A DNA stretch of 58,184 nucleotides, filler included, from Stramenopiles sp. TOSAG23-2 (Eukaryota): the NCBI GenBank assembly GCA_900128395.1. It is 4 parts of 4 records of this genome, joined end to end, with 100 filler letters (N's around TTAATTAATTAA, not from the genome) between each part and the next. Parts side by side here need not be neighbours in the genome. Positions count along the whole stretch, not along the records: positions 14,620 to 29,102 come from LT649756.1; positions 29,203 to 43,655 come from LT649757.1; 2 more parts are not named here. One strand, written 5' to 3'. Position 1 is the first letter of the stretch. Every line of letters starts with the position of its first letter. This document shows, piece after piece, positions 22,201-32,734 of the stretch. The notes beneath the pieces are model-generated. The model was given only the letters and a program-made list of their open reading frames with translations. It searched no databases and was not told where the DNA came from. The position numbers and the translations under genes are program-made.

Positions 22201-25124
22201 TGTCGGAAAATGCCAATAACACAACGCAATTCTTCCTTCGATGGATCACTATTACCAATCGAAGTAGATTTTTCTCGAGATTCTTCAAGATAATCAGTAA
22301 CGCCATTTGCTAAATTTAATCCATCTGCGTCTTTTCTCTCATCCGTATTGTTATCCACAGATTGTGCGTCGGTGTTGGAGGTTGTCGCATCTTTTTTACT
22401 AGTATCTGATTCCAAATTAATCGATTCCCCCCATGGGGTTTCGTCGATTTCCTTACTTTCAAAACCTGGTAACGGTGTTAATTCTGTTATTGATGCTCTC
22501 CTATCTAAATGTCGACCCATATATCTAGTGAGCATTTCACGCAATATGCTAGCTGCATCTTCATAATATTTAACAGAGGTTTTAACAAATGAAAATCCAT
22601 TTACATCGCAAACATATGATTTATTTCTACATTTTAAAATATCAAAACCACAAAATCGCATGCCAAACGATAATACAACCTTTCTTGCCATCAATTTTTC
22701 GAATGGTCGCAATACAATTGGAAAGCGCACCTCTTTACCATTTTTGTCACGTTGAACGATCCCATCTAATGTTGGTGCTTTTCTCGCTTCAGCATGAACG
22801 TAGGATGGACCACATGTGTAAACTTTGATATCCGTTCCACCAGTCGATAGAAATGATTCATATATATACGAGCCTTTCATACGTATATTGTTTTCATCAG
22901 CATAAAATTTACTAGACCGATCATTGACTTTTCGAAATAATCGTTTGCTACCTCCACCGGTTTTAGAGGAATAGTAAACATAAATATTATGATCTTCACC
23001 ATCAACAGGCTTTTCAACAAATGGTTTCTCAACTTTCTTACCATTTACGATGATATAATCTTCTTTCTCAATGACCACTGGCATTGGTGCGCCTTCATAG
23101 CCATCTCTGCTACAAAATACGTGTGGTGGCACAGCAATGTGATTTTTTTGCAAATGGTTATATACTCTGCGCCGATCCCTCAAGACATATTCAGATTCTA
23201 AATTATTACAACACCATGGCTGTCTTAATTTAACGTATTCCTGTGCTTTTTTTAATGGAAATCCACCAGAGTAAAATCCGATCAAACAATCTACAATGGG
23301 CCATTTTTCCACTGGGTCATTTAGTAAACAATCATTACCAAATATTACAATTTCAAATTCTTTCTCTGGTAAGCGGCGCATGATTTCTTTCATCGGTCGA
23401 CTCCGGGATTTCTTATCCATAGCGCATATACCTAATGTAATTTTTCTCGTTGCTTCTTTTGCCTCATTTATCTCTTCCTCTTCTTCATATTTACGCTTAT
23501 CTTTCATAGCTTTCTTTTCTTCCTTTGATTTTGGGCTTTTAATTTTTTTCAAACTACCAGTTCTACTCCTTAAATTAGATCCACCAATTTCACTACCATC
23601 ACTACTATCACCACTTTTAACAAGTGAATTATTATTTTGAGTATGCATGCCATCCTTTGCCTTGTCTGTAGCACCAGCATTGCCATTATCATCGTCATCA
23701 TCGCCTTTTTCGTCGTCATCATCATCATCAGCTTCATCATGCGCTGCATACGGATTGCAAATGCTTGCATAATCTACCATCAAATGTGACAAATCTTTCA
23801 TTTCAACCGGTAGCTCTGAATCAAATTTTGTGCCAGGTTTCAAATCCACAAGATTTAAAAATGTCTCAAACGTAATATTCTTTTTACCTGCATCACCGCC
23901 AATTAGCATCCATGACAATATACGAGATTTCAATTTTTCATCTGTAAATATTCCATATTTACCCATAATATTTCTACGATCTTGTTGCGTTACTACAAGG
24001 GAAACGCCAGTTGAACCAATTTTCTTTTTAATATTTGTTACCAATTCCAATTTTAAATATTTGCGTACGGTAATAACATCAGAGCCATATTGTTCAATTT
24101 GGCCAAGTCCCTCTGCAACACTAAGATTCGATCCGTGATTAATAAATGCCCTAACTAAATTGACTAATTCAACCACATTCAATGCCCCATTATTTGGATT
24201 ATCCATCGCACGGAAAGAAAACCGCAGTCTATCCTCTAACGATCCAGCAGTAAGCCCGGCAAATGTAACAGCAACTTCACGTAGATCGACGTATTGATTT
24301 TCATCTTTATCAAATACATAAAATAAACGTTCAATTAAACGCCGATCGTTCCGTAGCATTTCACCATGCCTACTTTCCGTTTGGTCACACATTTGTTCAA
24401 AAAAATCAGCAAACGAATTAATATCCGCTTTCGACTTGATGTTACCAAAAATTCCAGTTTTCTCCCAGTGGTTGTGCAATTTACGTATATATAACTTTCC
24501 AAAAATTTTATAAATTCTTGATGTCGTTGCAATTGCTAATTGCATATGATTAAACTCTTCCATTCGCCTTTTAATAAATTTCTTATTGCTATAACTATCA
24601 ACCTTTTTATTGCCACGTATTGAGCGATCACGACTACTTGCTTCTGTTGAACTGTTTGCATCTTTGCAAAAGTTATTATCGGTACTTGAATCCCCACTAT
24701 TTTGAAATGCACTGGATGTTTTTTTACGCGATCGTTGCCTTCTTGAAGTCGGTCTTTCTAATTTATCACCACGCATTTTATCTTTATTTGAAAGTCCAAG
24801 TTTGCTACCAACTCGTCTTAATGGACCACTGTTGTTGCTACTGGTCGTAGTATCGGACATTGTAGCTGCTAATAAAATTTCATTTTTCTTCCGAGTAGAC
24901 GGTGATTTTGGACTGCTAGTTCTACTACTATTTCTACTGGAAGTGTTGTTGTGGTTGTTATTATTTTTAATAGGTTTAAATTCCATGATATTATTATTAT
25001 TGTTATTCCCACTGGAGGAAGAAGAAGATGGTGAGGATGAATTACTGGTAGGTATATTTAAATTTCCAATTGTTATATTTGCCATATGGCTGTTGTTGTT
25101 GTTGTTGTTTATGTTGTTGTACAT
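19272..25124 (-). CDS. VIP1: PPIP5K/VIP1 inositol pyrophosphate kinase-phosphatase with N-terminal EF-hand pair
   Basis: 1950 aa; GICAMDKKSRS, KPFVEKPVDGEDHNIYVYY, TDIKVY, HAEARK, CDVNGFSFVK (kinase); RHGDRTPK and RHVRTRLYFTSESHVH (histidine acid phosphatase domain). Confidence 0.93.
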   Translation of the reverse strand: MYNNINNNNNNSHMANITIGNLNIPTSNSSSPSSSSSSGNNNNNNIMEFKPIKNNNNHNNTSSRNSSRTSSPKSPSTRKKNEILLAATMSDTTTSSNNSGPLRRVGSKLGLSNKDKMRGDKLERPTSRRQRSRKKTSSAFQNSGDSSTDNNFCKDANSSTEASSRDRSIRGNKKVDSYSNKKFIKRRMEEFNHMQLAIATTSRIYKIFGKLYIRKLHNHWEKTGIFGNIKSKADINSFADFFEQMCDQTESRHGEMLRNDRRLIERLFYVFDKDENQYVDLREVAVTFAGLTAGSLEDRLRFSFRAMDNPNNGALNVVELVNLVRAFINHGSNLSVAEGLGQIEQYGSDVITVRKYLKLELVTNIKKKIGSTGVSLVVTQQDRRNIMGKYGIFTDEKLKSRILSWMLIGGDAGKKNITFETFLNLVDLKPGTKFDSELPVEMKDLSHLMVDYASICNPYAAHDEADDDDDDEKGDDDDDNGNAGATDKAKDGMHTQNNNSLVKSGDSSDGSEIGGSNLRSRTGSLKKIKSPKSKEEKKAMKDKRKYEEEEEINEAKEATRKITLGICAMDKKSRSRPMKEIMRRLPEKEFEIVIFGNDCLLNDPVEKWPIVDCLIGFYSGGFPLKKAQEYVKLRQPWCCNNLESEYVLRDRRRVYNHLQKNHIAVPPHVFCSRDGYEGAPMPVVIEKEDYIIVNGKKVEKPFVEKPVDGEDHNIYVYYSSKTGGGSKRLFRKVNDRSSKFYADENNIRMKGSYIYESFLSTGGTDIKVYTCGPSYVHAEARKAPTLDGIVQRDKNGKEVRFPIVLRPFEKLMARKVVLSFGMRFCGFDILKCRNKSYVCDVNGFSFVKTSVKYYEDAASILREMLTRYMGRHLDRRASITELTPLPGFESKEIDETPWGESINLESDTSKKDATTSNTDAQSVDNNTDERKDADGLNLANGVTDYLEESREKSTSIGNSDPSKEELRCVIGIFRHGDRTPKEKLKIKTKNAQWISLHKQFATSPRDELKLKSSIELQTVVKTAESILVELKKGNNMGNDKSNGSSDDNINQDDDMEDVEKEIESLTNLLRALNRGGSFSGINRKVQIKPMEWKKINLSNVDEECSPITNAFNSPLLYNKDNNNKNIPLSPVRLPAPAVSNGGNYGAFKRSHLQRDNSTSPNRNTDEEKNATQEQQFQSLPSISRLSSLNIVQNANLNISPKPPKSGNSWEMKDDDTNNKVTIALTEEVTKVEVIVKWGGVLTSRGRKQAERLGVWCRNQLYPGENAGLLRLHSTFRHDLKIYSSDEGRVVTTAAAFAKGFLNLEGPLPPIITSLVRADEHVTDLLDDSSAASGHMKQVKKSLHKNISAKMSLAELKVAIAPTKSDSVLAALDFLGNMNDALHRLYNLIKSFTSSLEHISNSLANNSRANDNGSVSVDVPVGTDLEVLNIVNNQRKQRLNRSGSSSKKSSQKPGVTPIEINIDEWGEEIELIKMRWQKLENDLVKKISKKDGSIKWDISKIPDIYDCIKYDVLHNHAVVLDIKGVPDLYVLAKALADVVIPQEYGCQLPEKIGIGAKISQRLLRKIIADLAASATLGSEFKHETVYRLDSSYMSELNIRSLSRHVRTRLYFTSESHVHAVLNVLRFGAMVDNLVDLSDDISGNVSDRHGNVPLSEEARKFLSSSAELNYLTHIVIRLYEILDDDDDEEEEEEDDEEFDDEEVEQRQLEQEGATRNLSNELNNDNMNGNSNAEENTNEEQHDGANSASNNYMNGEEVRENNNEDDDDDGLDDDDLDDEELNNNRYRVEISFSSGMSPVPIEAKTSENKDNLEEITLAQNVMHKYRVKVWRDRLDHTLPVEHLVVIQDLTFPEFENMIKGVLSKVKESDMGNAWSHVPGDSASDRDIDGKRSKTPSRRSSRGSRNSRPTSPQSSTKLDKNSSNKKTFKEPKNELPVTPKKSKSSSPQSSPVSF

Positions 25125-25593
25125 GTATATTTATATTTATTATACTATGCATATTTTGCTTACTATACCTGGTGGCTTAAATAAAAAAAAGATGATAATA
25201 ATTCTTGAAGAAGAAAATTATAAACTATACTTAAGAAAAAAAATAGTAGTGTAATTCAATTTAACCAGGGAGTTCTCCCTGCTTAAACAGTTTAATTTAT
25301 AACACGTGTTAGTGTCACAATGGCTATCCCGTTGGATCCAAAATTAAAAAAAAACGGATAGCCCCTTAAGTGTTTCACAGTCCTTAATGTTCTAAAAATA
25401 ATAATAATAAAAAAATGATGTGTATTATATATAGAATATGTTAAAAATGTAATCATGAATATCTGACGAAACAAGTTATAGAAACTTATAATAATAATAT
25501 TTTTTTTATTGTATTGTCTATTTTGTTTTTCCTTTCCATTTTCTTTTCTTTGATTTATGTTTTATTGATTTGTTTTGGTTGAGTCTTTCGAAG

Positions 25594-26883
25594 ATGGACT
25601 TACAGCAACAAGTGGTGCTTCAACAAGGGCATTCTATTAAATGGAAAAATATAACCGCACCTTTTATTCATAGTGAGGAAGTTTTAATATATAATTTAGT
25701 CCGAGTTAGTTCCATATTGTCTCTTTTTGGTTCGTTGTTCGTTTTATTTACATGGTACGCGTTCAAAGATATACATTTTTTCTCTCGAAAATTAATTGTT
25801 TACACAAGTATTGCTGATATATGCTCGTCAATGGCATTTTTGTATGGGACATTTATTCAAGGTTACAAGGAGAATACACATGCATCAACACAATGCGTTG
25901 TACAAGGTATATTAATACAATTTTTTTATCTTGCTTCATATGTTTGGACAGGAAACTTAGCAATACATTTGTATCAAATTTTAATTAATAAAATAGACGG
26001 TGCCGAACGTCTTGAAATACGATACCATCTCTTTGGCTGGGGAGTACCTCTAGGAATCTGCATTTATCTTATGTATGAGGAATTTTTGCTACATGAAGAA
26101 GTTTTTGGTGGGGCACAAAGACCATGGTGTTGGATAGAAAATCATAGTTCAAAAAATTTAATGTGGACTACAACAGGTGTTTTTAAGCAATTTATTTTTT
26201 TTTATGTACCACAAGTACTGGTTTTTGCAATGAATGCGTGTATATATAGCATTTTGATAAGTAAAGTTAAAGGGTCTGTACTTGGTGAAAAAATGCGTAA
26301 ACGATTATTATGGTATTTACTTTCGTTTTTAATTGTAGCAATATGGGGCATATTACATCGTACGTACCAAGTCTTAGTGCCAGATCATCATCCAAACTTT
26401 TATTTATCCATTATCGAATCATTTTTCTCGCCATTGCAAGGGTTTTTAAATGCTATTGTATATGGTACATCGAAAAAAATCGGTTTTCGATATATACAAT
26501 GGTTTACTAAAGATAATGGGGATAAAGAGTTTTTAAATAATTTAACAAGATTAGATGATACAAATGATTCCAGCATGCATATTAGTTTTTTACACAATGA
26601 AAGCTATAATGGCGACAACAATACAAGTTTTTCATCTATTTACAATAAAGGATCGCCTCCGTCATTGGTTTCGGACGATGCGCATTTGCATGATGGGGAT
26701 GCAAGGTATAGACCATTAATAGATCCAGTTGCAACTGTAGCATCATCTGGACATCAGAGGCAAATGCATAATGGAATCGGTAATCTTGAGAATAATAGCG
26801 ACATTGTGGAAGGGCATTCATTTGTTTATATTCCTCGACGTTTAAATTCACCAAAGAAAAATCTGGATCGCAACAATAATTAA
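25594..26883 (+). CDS. GPCR of the cAMP-receptor-like / GCR1 family
   Basis: Seven hydrophobic segments; SILSLFGSLFV, CVVQGILIQFFYLASYVWT, WCWI, LQGFLNAIVYG; first ATG at 25594. Confidence 0.85.
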   Translation: MDLQQQVVLQQGHSIKWKNITAPFIHSEEVLIYNLVRVSSILSLFGSLFVLFTWYAFKDIHFFSRKLIVYTSIADICSSMAFLYGTFIQGYKENTHASTQCVVQGILIQFFYLASYVWTGNLAIHLYQILINKIDGAERLEIRYHLFGWGVPLGICIYLMYEEFLLHEEVFGGAQRPWCWIENHSSKNLMWTTTGVFKQFIFFYVPQVLVFAMNACIYSILISKVKGSVLGEKMRKRLLWYLLSFLIVAIWGILHRTYQVLVPDHHPNFYLSIIESFFSPLQGFLNAIVYGTSKKIGFRYIQWFTKDNGDKEFLNNLTRLDDTNDSSMHISFLHNESYNGDNNTSFSSIYNKGSPPSLVSDDAHLHDGDARYRPLIDPVATVASSGHQRQMHNGIGNLENNSDIVEGHSFVYIPRRLNSPKKNLDRNNN

Positions 26884-27360
26884 AAAAAGGAATGTGATAA
26901 TGCATATATGCATATATTAAAATGATACTTCGTATGATTAGGATATTTATTGATTATATATATATATATCCGTTTTCGATCAACTGCAAGTTGATATAAC
27001 ATCTATTTGCCTTCATTGGTACGACGTATTCTCTTTTCTGAGAATATAAAACACCCTAGTGTGAGATAGATATTATTGCCTCAGTTATTTTGTATTATTT
27101 TGAAGAGTATGTATAAGGAATTATCACATGAGACTCTTCGTACTCGTATTTTTATAAATATTTTAAAAATTAAAATTTACGAAACCGTATGCATATGATA
27201 CATCATAAATTAAAATTATTACGAATAATGATAAAATATTATCTTGATAATATTGAACGAACGGTACGAGTACGAAGTAATATACTCTCGTACTGCATAT
27301 ATTTAATCTCTCACTTTTAATTTTTCAACACACACCAACAAATATTACTTTCTCGTATTT

Positions 27361-29102
27361 TTACTTCATCATCGTATGCATAGATTTAATTTCTAGCTTT
27401 TCTACAGCAAGTTTCGTCTTTTGTTCTTGTTGCAGGACAGTATAACCAGCCGTATATTTAAAGATATGTACACAATGCAACGAACGATCACACACAAAAA
27501 TGCGTTCTTCATCAAATTTTTCATCCGGATCTACCCCATTGCATTTATTGCATTTTACCGTTTTCACTTGGGCCGGCACTGTCACACATGCGACTGAGAT
27601 GGGCTCTATCATACTACCCAACTCATGCCCTTGCGTGCCCCACGTACATAGACATTCTAAATATATCCTTGGAATCCTTCGTCTAACTTTACCATTAGGT
27701 CGACTTTCATACTGCCATGAATCTACTTTTTCAATATCTCTTAGATCTTTTAATTCGTATGGGCCATAATCAACAACACGATGGAAGATTTTAATGCAGT
27801 GATGTCCAGTATCTGCGACAATATAATGGTCATAAGAATCTACTGTTATATCAGATGGATTATGCAATGATGTTGCTTCACCAGGGCATGGCTGTTCCGG
27901 ATGCATAATTTCCACTACCCATTTCCCTTGTGTTTTCCCTGTAGGATCTTTTAAATGTCTAAAACCTTGAATCCTATGATTTTCGCTATCAGCAACTAAC
28001 AATCTCCCAAACGAGTCAAATGCCATGCCTTTAGGTCTCCGCAATTCTCCTTTGTTTTTGCCGGTCGATCCAATAGTGTATAAATACGAATTTCTGTGAC
28101 AATCAACGGCATTTCTTAATTTGTGATCGTCGTGATTATTGAAAAAATGGATACAATTTTGATCATGATCGGCAACTGCTAACACATTTATGGAAAATGT
28201 GTCCAACAAAGCACTGCCCCATGGCCTTTTAAACACTGGTTGATACGTGGGTACAGAGTCACGAAGATCATTTCTTGGTAGTAAACGAACTTGGTACTTC
28301 TCATCACTTGTCAGAAAACGAAATATGTAAAGTCCAGTTTCTCGATCAATTGCTATAATATCGCCTTCTACCCAAACCGATTTCCCCGTAAGCAACTTTA
28401 CATGTCCTTGTACACTGCGTGCTATGATAGACTCGTATGGTAGAAGGAACGGCTTCTGTATTCCATGAATTTTCTTATTTGCTTTGTTGATAGGGACAAA
28501 GAAGAAAGAGTTAGACTTAGACTGTTCAACTTGACCTGATATACAGCGCTGAATCGACTTGGTTAATAACACCACTCCAGCAAGGTATAATTTTTCCTCA
28601 AAATACGTATCAAATAACTCTCCAATTTTCAAACAGATGTCTTTCTTTTCACAATTTTCTTCAAATTTGAAATTTTGCGTTGCTACAATCTTAAAAACCA
28701 TGACAGAGGCATAAATATGAAGATGTGTATCAAAGATGATATCATTTTTTTCATCTTTAGATATGTCAAGCACTTCAAGTTTATAATCAGCGATACATTT
28801 CTGCAAAAAAGGGAACAAATTCTTACTTCTTTGCTGCGTTTCAATCTCCTTTAAAATATGTTGAGAGGATAGGATGCAGTCTCGATTATGCTTGTTTTTA
28901 TTCAGTTGATTAGCAACAGATTGCCGTTCAGAGAGTTGCATCTCTGCCTCGTTCTTAGCTATTTGTGTTTCTACTATAAGCAGTTCATTTGTTAACTCTT
29001 TTTTCAATGCATTAATTTCGGATTTTACTAGCTTCTTATGTTCTTCTAAATTCTTTACTTTTTTTATTTTGATTTCAACAGGTTTTTTCCATATTTTTTT
29101 CC
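27361..29102 (-). CDS. NHL-repeat (beta-propeller) protein with coiled coil, 5' truncated at scaffold end
   Basis: NHL repeats GELRRPKGMAFDSFGRLLVADSENHRIQGF and SLHNPSDITVDSYDHYIVADTGHHCIKIF; frame stays open to the scaffold end at 29102. Confidence 0.8.
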
Positions 29103-29202
29103 NNNNNNNNNNNNNNNNNNNNNNNNNNNNNNNNNNNNNNNNNNNNTTAATTAATTAANNNNNNNNNNNNNNNNNNNNNNNNNNNNNNNNNNNNNNNNNN
29201 NN
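29103..29202. other. Artificial contig linker
   Basis: TTAATTAATTAA at 29147-29158 flanked by 44 Ns each side. Confidence 0.95.
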
Positions 29203-29407
29203 TGCGATTCTGTGTGTACCATGTTTTGAGTTGTAAAACTCAGGAGCGCTAGTGTGTGGTATATGGCGTAACATGTAGATTTATATCCCCTATACATATG
29301 TACGCATTTTTTTTGTAATTACAAGCATACTTAGAAGCAGAGACTTTCATCTTCTTCCTGTGTGTCGTTTTCATACGAAAATGTATATATATATATTTCG
29401 TACTTTA

Positions 29408-30532
29408 TTACACACGATATAATGTTTTGACTTCAATTTCACCATCATCATTTTCAATTTCATTTTGTTCATGACGTCTACTTGGATCAATAGTTGTTTC
29501 ACGAATATCATGTAATATACCAGCTCTTACATTTTTTTTTAAACAAATGCATACAAAAAATGGTGTAGTTTGAATTGTATTTTCAAATATACGCCCCATG
29601 CAATATATAATATATGCAATAAATGTATCTGTAATTACTATATATGAACCTTTTAATGCAACTAATTCATCAGTTGAGGAATAATTCAAATTATCTATAT
29701 TTATTTCATAATACAATTTAAATACAAGATAAATAAATGTTATAAAACCGATATGGACAAAACATTTACTTTGCATTAATATCAATATTAATTTCTGATT
29801 TGTATTATGATCTTTTAATAATACTTTCACTTTACTATGTATTAATATTCCATATATAAATGTCATGAAACTAAATATACATAAATATATGAAATTAAAC
29901 CAATAATGAAATGTATATGAACGTGGTGAAGGAACAAAACCTGGGTAAATACACCAACTAATGAAAATGAAAACATTTAACAAATTGCCAACATTTTTAT
30001 ATGTAAATAATTTTGAATTCTCTATCATTTCCATTGATTTCAAACATGGGCAGACTATTAACTGATCTCTAAATTGTTTTGATAAACGTTTTACATTCTT
30101 CATAAACGTTGTTAAAATAAATGTTGATGCAAATAATACAAATTTCAATCCTGTATTATTTAAAATGACATATAAACTTGTTCTAATTGTTAAAAAATCA
30201 TTATTATTTGCCATTCCCGATATACTGAAAAATATAAAACGTTGCAATACGAACAAAAATAAACAATTTAATCCCATAATAATTCTATTTCCCATTAACA
30301 CTGAAACACATGGATTACACAGATGTAACAACCCTGACGTACGCGCTGAAGTTACTTTCCGTCTACTATTAATATTATTTTTCGTTTTCTCCCTATGAAT
30401 TTTAATAATTACAGCTAAAAGTAAAAAATATATTGACACTAAAATAATATAATTCAATAAAGTAATATATAATTTATCTTTCATGATTTGTGCACATTCC
30501 GATCTAATTGAACATGATGTTGGTGTCGACAT
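29408..30532 (-). CDS. Uncharacterised multi-pass (about 7 TM) membrane protein
   Basis: 374 aa ATG-started ORF with regularly spaced hydrophobic segments and an acidic tail; no family recognised. Confidence 0.6.
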   Translation of the reverse strand: MSTPTSCSIRSECAQIMKDKLYITLLNYIILVSIYFLLLAVIIKIHREKTKNNINSRRKVTSARTSGLLHLCNPCVSVLMGNRIIMGLNCLFLFVLQRFIFFSISGMANNNDFLTIRTSLYVILNNTGLKFVLFASTFILTTFMKNVKRLSKQFRDQLIVCPCLKSMEMIENSKLFTYKNVGNLLNVFIFISWCIYPGFVPSPRSYTFHYWFNFIYLCIFSFMTFIYGILIHSKVKVLLKDHNTNQKLILILMQSKCFVHIGFITFIYLVFKLYYEINIDNLNYSSTDELVALKGSYIVITDTFIAYIIYCMGRIFENTIQTTPFFVCICLKKNVRAGILHDIRETTIDPSRRHEQNEIENDDGEIEVKTLYRV

Positions 30533-31000
30533 GGTTATTATATCTGTCTATTTGAAAATATGGTAAGGGGTGGTAAATATATATCTATTTTGAAACATGT
30601 TCATTTGTATTATTACATATTTTCAGTATAACATCAACAACCGTTATTATTTTTATTATTTTTGTTGTGTTTTAAATCACAATAGTATAGCTATTATTTA
30701 TTAATATTATAATAAAATATAGAAAAGATTTGTTCGCTTATAGGTACATGTCTGTATAAATTCTAATTTGACATTTATAGAGGTAATATTAATTTGTATC
30801 GTATGTTGCGCTAATCATTACATCTATTTGTTGCGAACGTTTCTTGCTGTAGTTTTAATAAATTATATATATGTATATATATATAGTAATATTTTTTTTT
30901 TATGATAATATATATATTAATAATAATTCATCAATACCAGGAATAATATACATTGTGTGAAAAATATATTAATTAAAATATTTTGAAATTAGAAAGCAAT

Positions 31001-32734
31001 ATGGCAGAGTTAGGAGAATTATTTGCTTCGTTTACACCTTCTATGCCAACTTTTGATGCAAAATACAGCATTGTGGAAAATTGGTTTAAATTAGCAAATA
31101 CAAATAAACCAATTGCATTAATACGGTTCATTACTGCAATACTTTGGTTTTATTTTCTTTTTGAAGCATTATATCATGGTTTTAACAAGTTCAATGTTCA
31201 TACCTTGCGTTATACGTTAACATGTCACCATACATTAGCTACATTTGGTTTAGATGAAGGTATTGGATTAAATGCACTATCAAAGCAAAGTTTATTGCNN
31301 NNNNNNNNNNNNNNNNNNNNNNNNNNNNNNNNNNNNNNNNNNNNNNNNNNNNNNNNNNNNNNNNNNNNNNNNNNNNNNNNNNNNNNNNNNNNNNNNNNNN
31401 NNNNNNNNNNNNNNNNNNNNNNACCATTATTTTCTTTTTTACCAATGATAAATTATATTTTTTTACTGGTAATTACATTTTATGGATATGCATTACATTT
31501 GGTTCTTTCTCAATCTACTGATGATGATAGTTTGACTTTATATTTATATATGTATGGTATTATATGTATATTTGATGTTGGTTTTTTTTTCTCTACTCGT
31601 CCTGGAGATATTTTGAAATTTTTAATTGCCACATTATTAGTAAAAAATGGTAATGGAAGTAGTATTTATTTATGTTATTTCATGGTGGCATGTTTATATA
31701 TGTGGAGTGGTATTAGCAAATTACGTGGATATTTTTCTCAATTTGTATTTCAATATTGGTTTTGTTTAATGTCACCGGTATCGTATCATATAAAATTTTT
31801 ATATTTAAATGAAAATGGTTGGCCAACGAAATTTGGTATTTGGTTTGGATGGTTTGGTGCTTTACAAGAAGCTATTGTTGGCATTTGTATGTTAATTCCA
31901 TCTACAATGGTTCCGTATGCAACAGAAATACAATATGGTGCTGTTTGTTTAGGTACATTAATGCATGTATTTATATTTATATTTGGTATTGGGCCTTATC
32001 GATGGAACATCATGCAGGTATATTTATTATGGGCAAGTTATATTATTTCATGTGAAAGATATTCAAATAATAATAATTATAATACTAATGGAGGTGTTGG
32101 TAATTTTTTTACTACTGAATTGTTAAAAGATAATAATGTTGATGGTGTGAATAACAATGGTATTGTAGTATTTGTTTATGGAATTGTTTTTGGAATGATT
32201 ATCCCAATCATTGGTTTATTTAGCACAAAATTGCTTGGTAAATATTTGGGTGGCTATCGAATGGGAAACTTTCACTTCGCTGGGAATGAATTTGCAACAT
32301 TATTTTTACTTGATAATAAAAATGTTAAAAAAGAAATGATTAAAGATATTAATGAATATGAACAATATATAAAATTTTCATTTGGTGCAGATACGATGGA
32401 TATTCGTCCATGTATTAAAGAATATAAGAAGACACATACACCATTAATGTTACGTGATGAAATGTTAAACAACATCATGTTAAATACTAAATTTGATGAA
32501 AGTTTGGAAATTATTACATTGCGTTATGCAGGAATTATCCGTGAAAAATACACTAATAATGGTAAATTATTGATGTTCCAAGCATTTCCAATTAATTTTT
32601 TTCATGGCACGACGAAAGAATATGAAATTTGGGATTTGTCCGATGGCATCGACCATCGCCGTTTAATTAAAACTGGCCATGTTGATTTGCCATGGGAAAG
32701 GTATGATCAGATAAATGGTGGTATTGTCAGATGA
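31001..32734 (+). CDS. Multi-pass membrane protein resembling DUF3556/HTTM-like proteins (internal N gap)
   Basis: LYMWSGISKL, GALQE, LMHVFI...GPYRWNI, FHFAGN and C-terminal YEIWD...GHVDLPW echo DUF3556 as remembered; frame across the 31299-31422 gap unverified. Confidence 0.55.
   Translation: MAELGELFASFTPSMPTFDAKYSIVENWFKLANTNKPIALIRFITAILWFYFLFEALYHGFNKFNVHTLRYTLTCHHTLATFGLDEGIGLNALSKQSLLXXXXXXXXXXXXXXXXXXXXXXXXXXXXXXXXXXXXXXXXXXPLFSFLPMINYIFLLVITFYGYALHLVLSQSTDDDSLTLYLYMYGIICIFDVGFFFSTRPGDILKFLIATLLVKNGNGSSIYLCYFMVACLYMWSGISKLRGYFSQFVFQYWFCLMSPVSYHIKFLYLNENGWPTKFGIWFGWFGALQEAIVGICMLIPSTMVPYATEIQYGAVCLGTLMHVFIFIFGIGPYRWNIMQVYLLWASYIISCERYSNNNNYNTNGGVGNFFTTELLKDNNVDGVNNNGIVVFVYGIVFGMIIPIIGLFSTKLLGKYLGGYRMGNFHFAGNEFATLFLLDNKNVKKEMIKDINEYEQYIKFSFGADTMDIRPCIKEYKKTHTPLMLRDEMLNNIMLNTKFDESLEIITLRYAGIIREKYTNNGKLLMFQAFPINFFHGTTKEYEIWDLSDGIDHRRLIKTGHVDLPWERYDQINGGIVR

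Noticed and set aside
27361..30532. Functional clustering of the NHL gene with the orphan 7TM gene
   Set aside because: Separated by an artificial linker; different scaffolds
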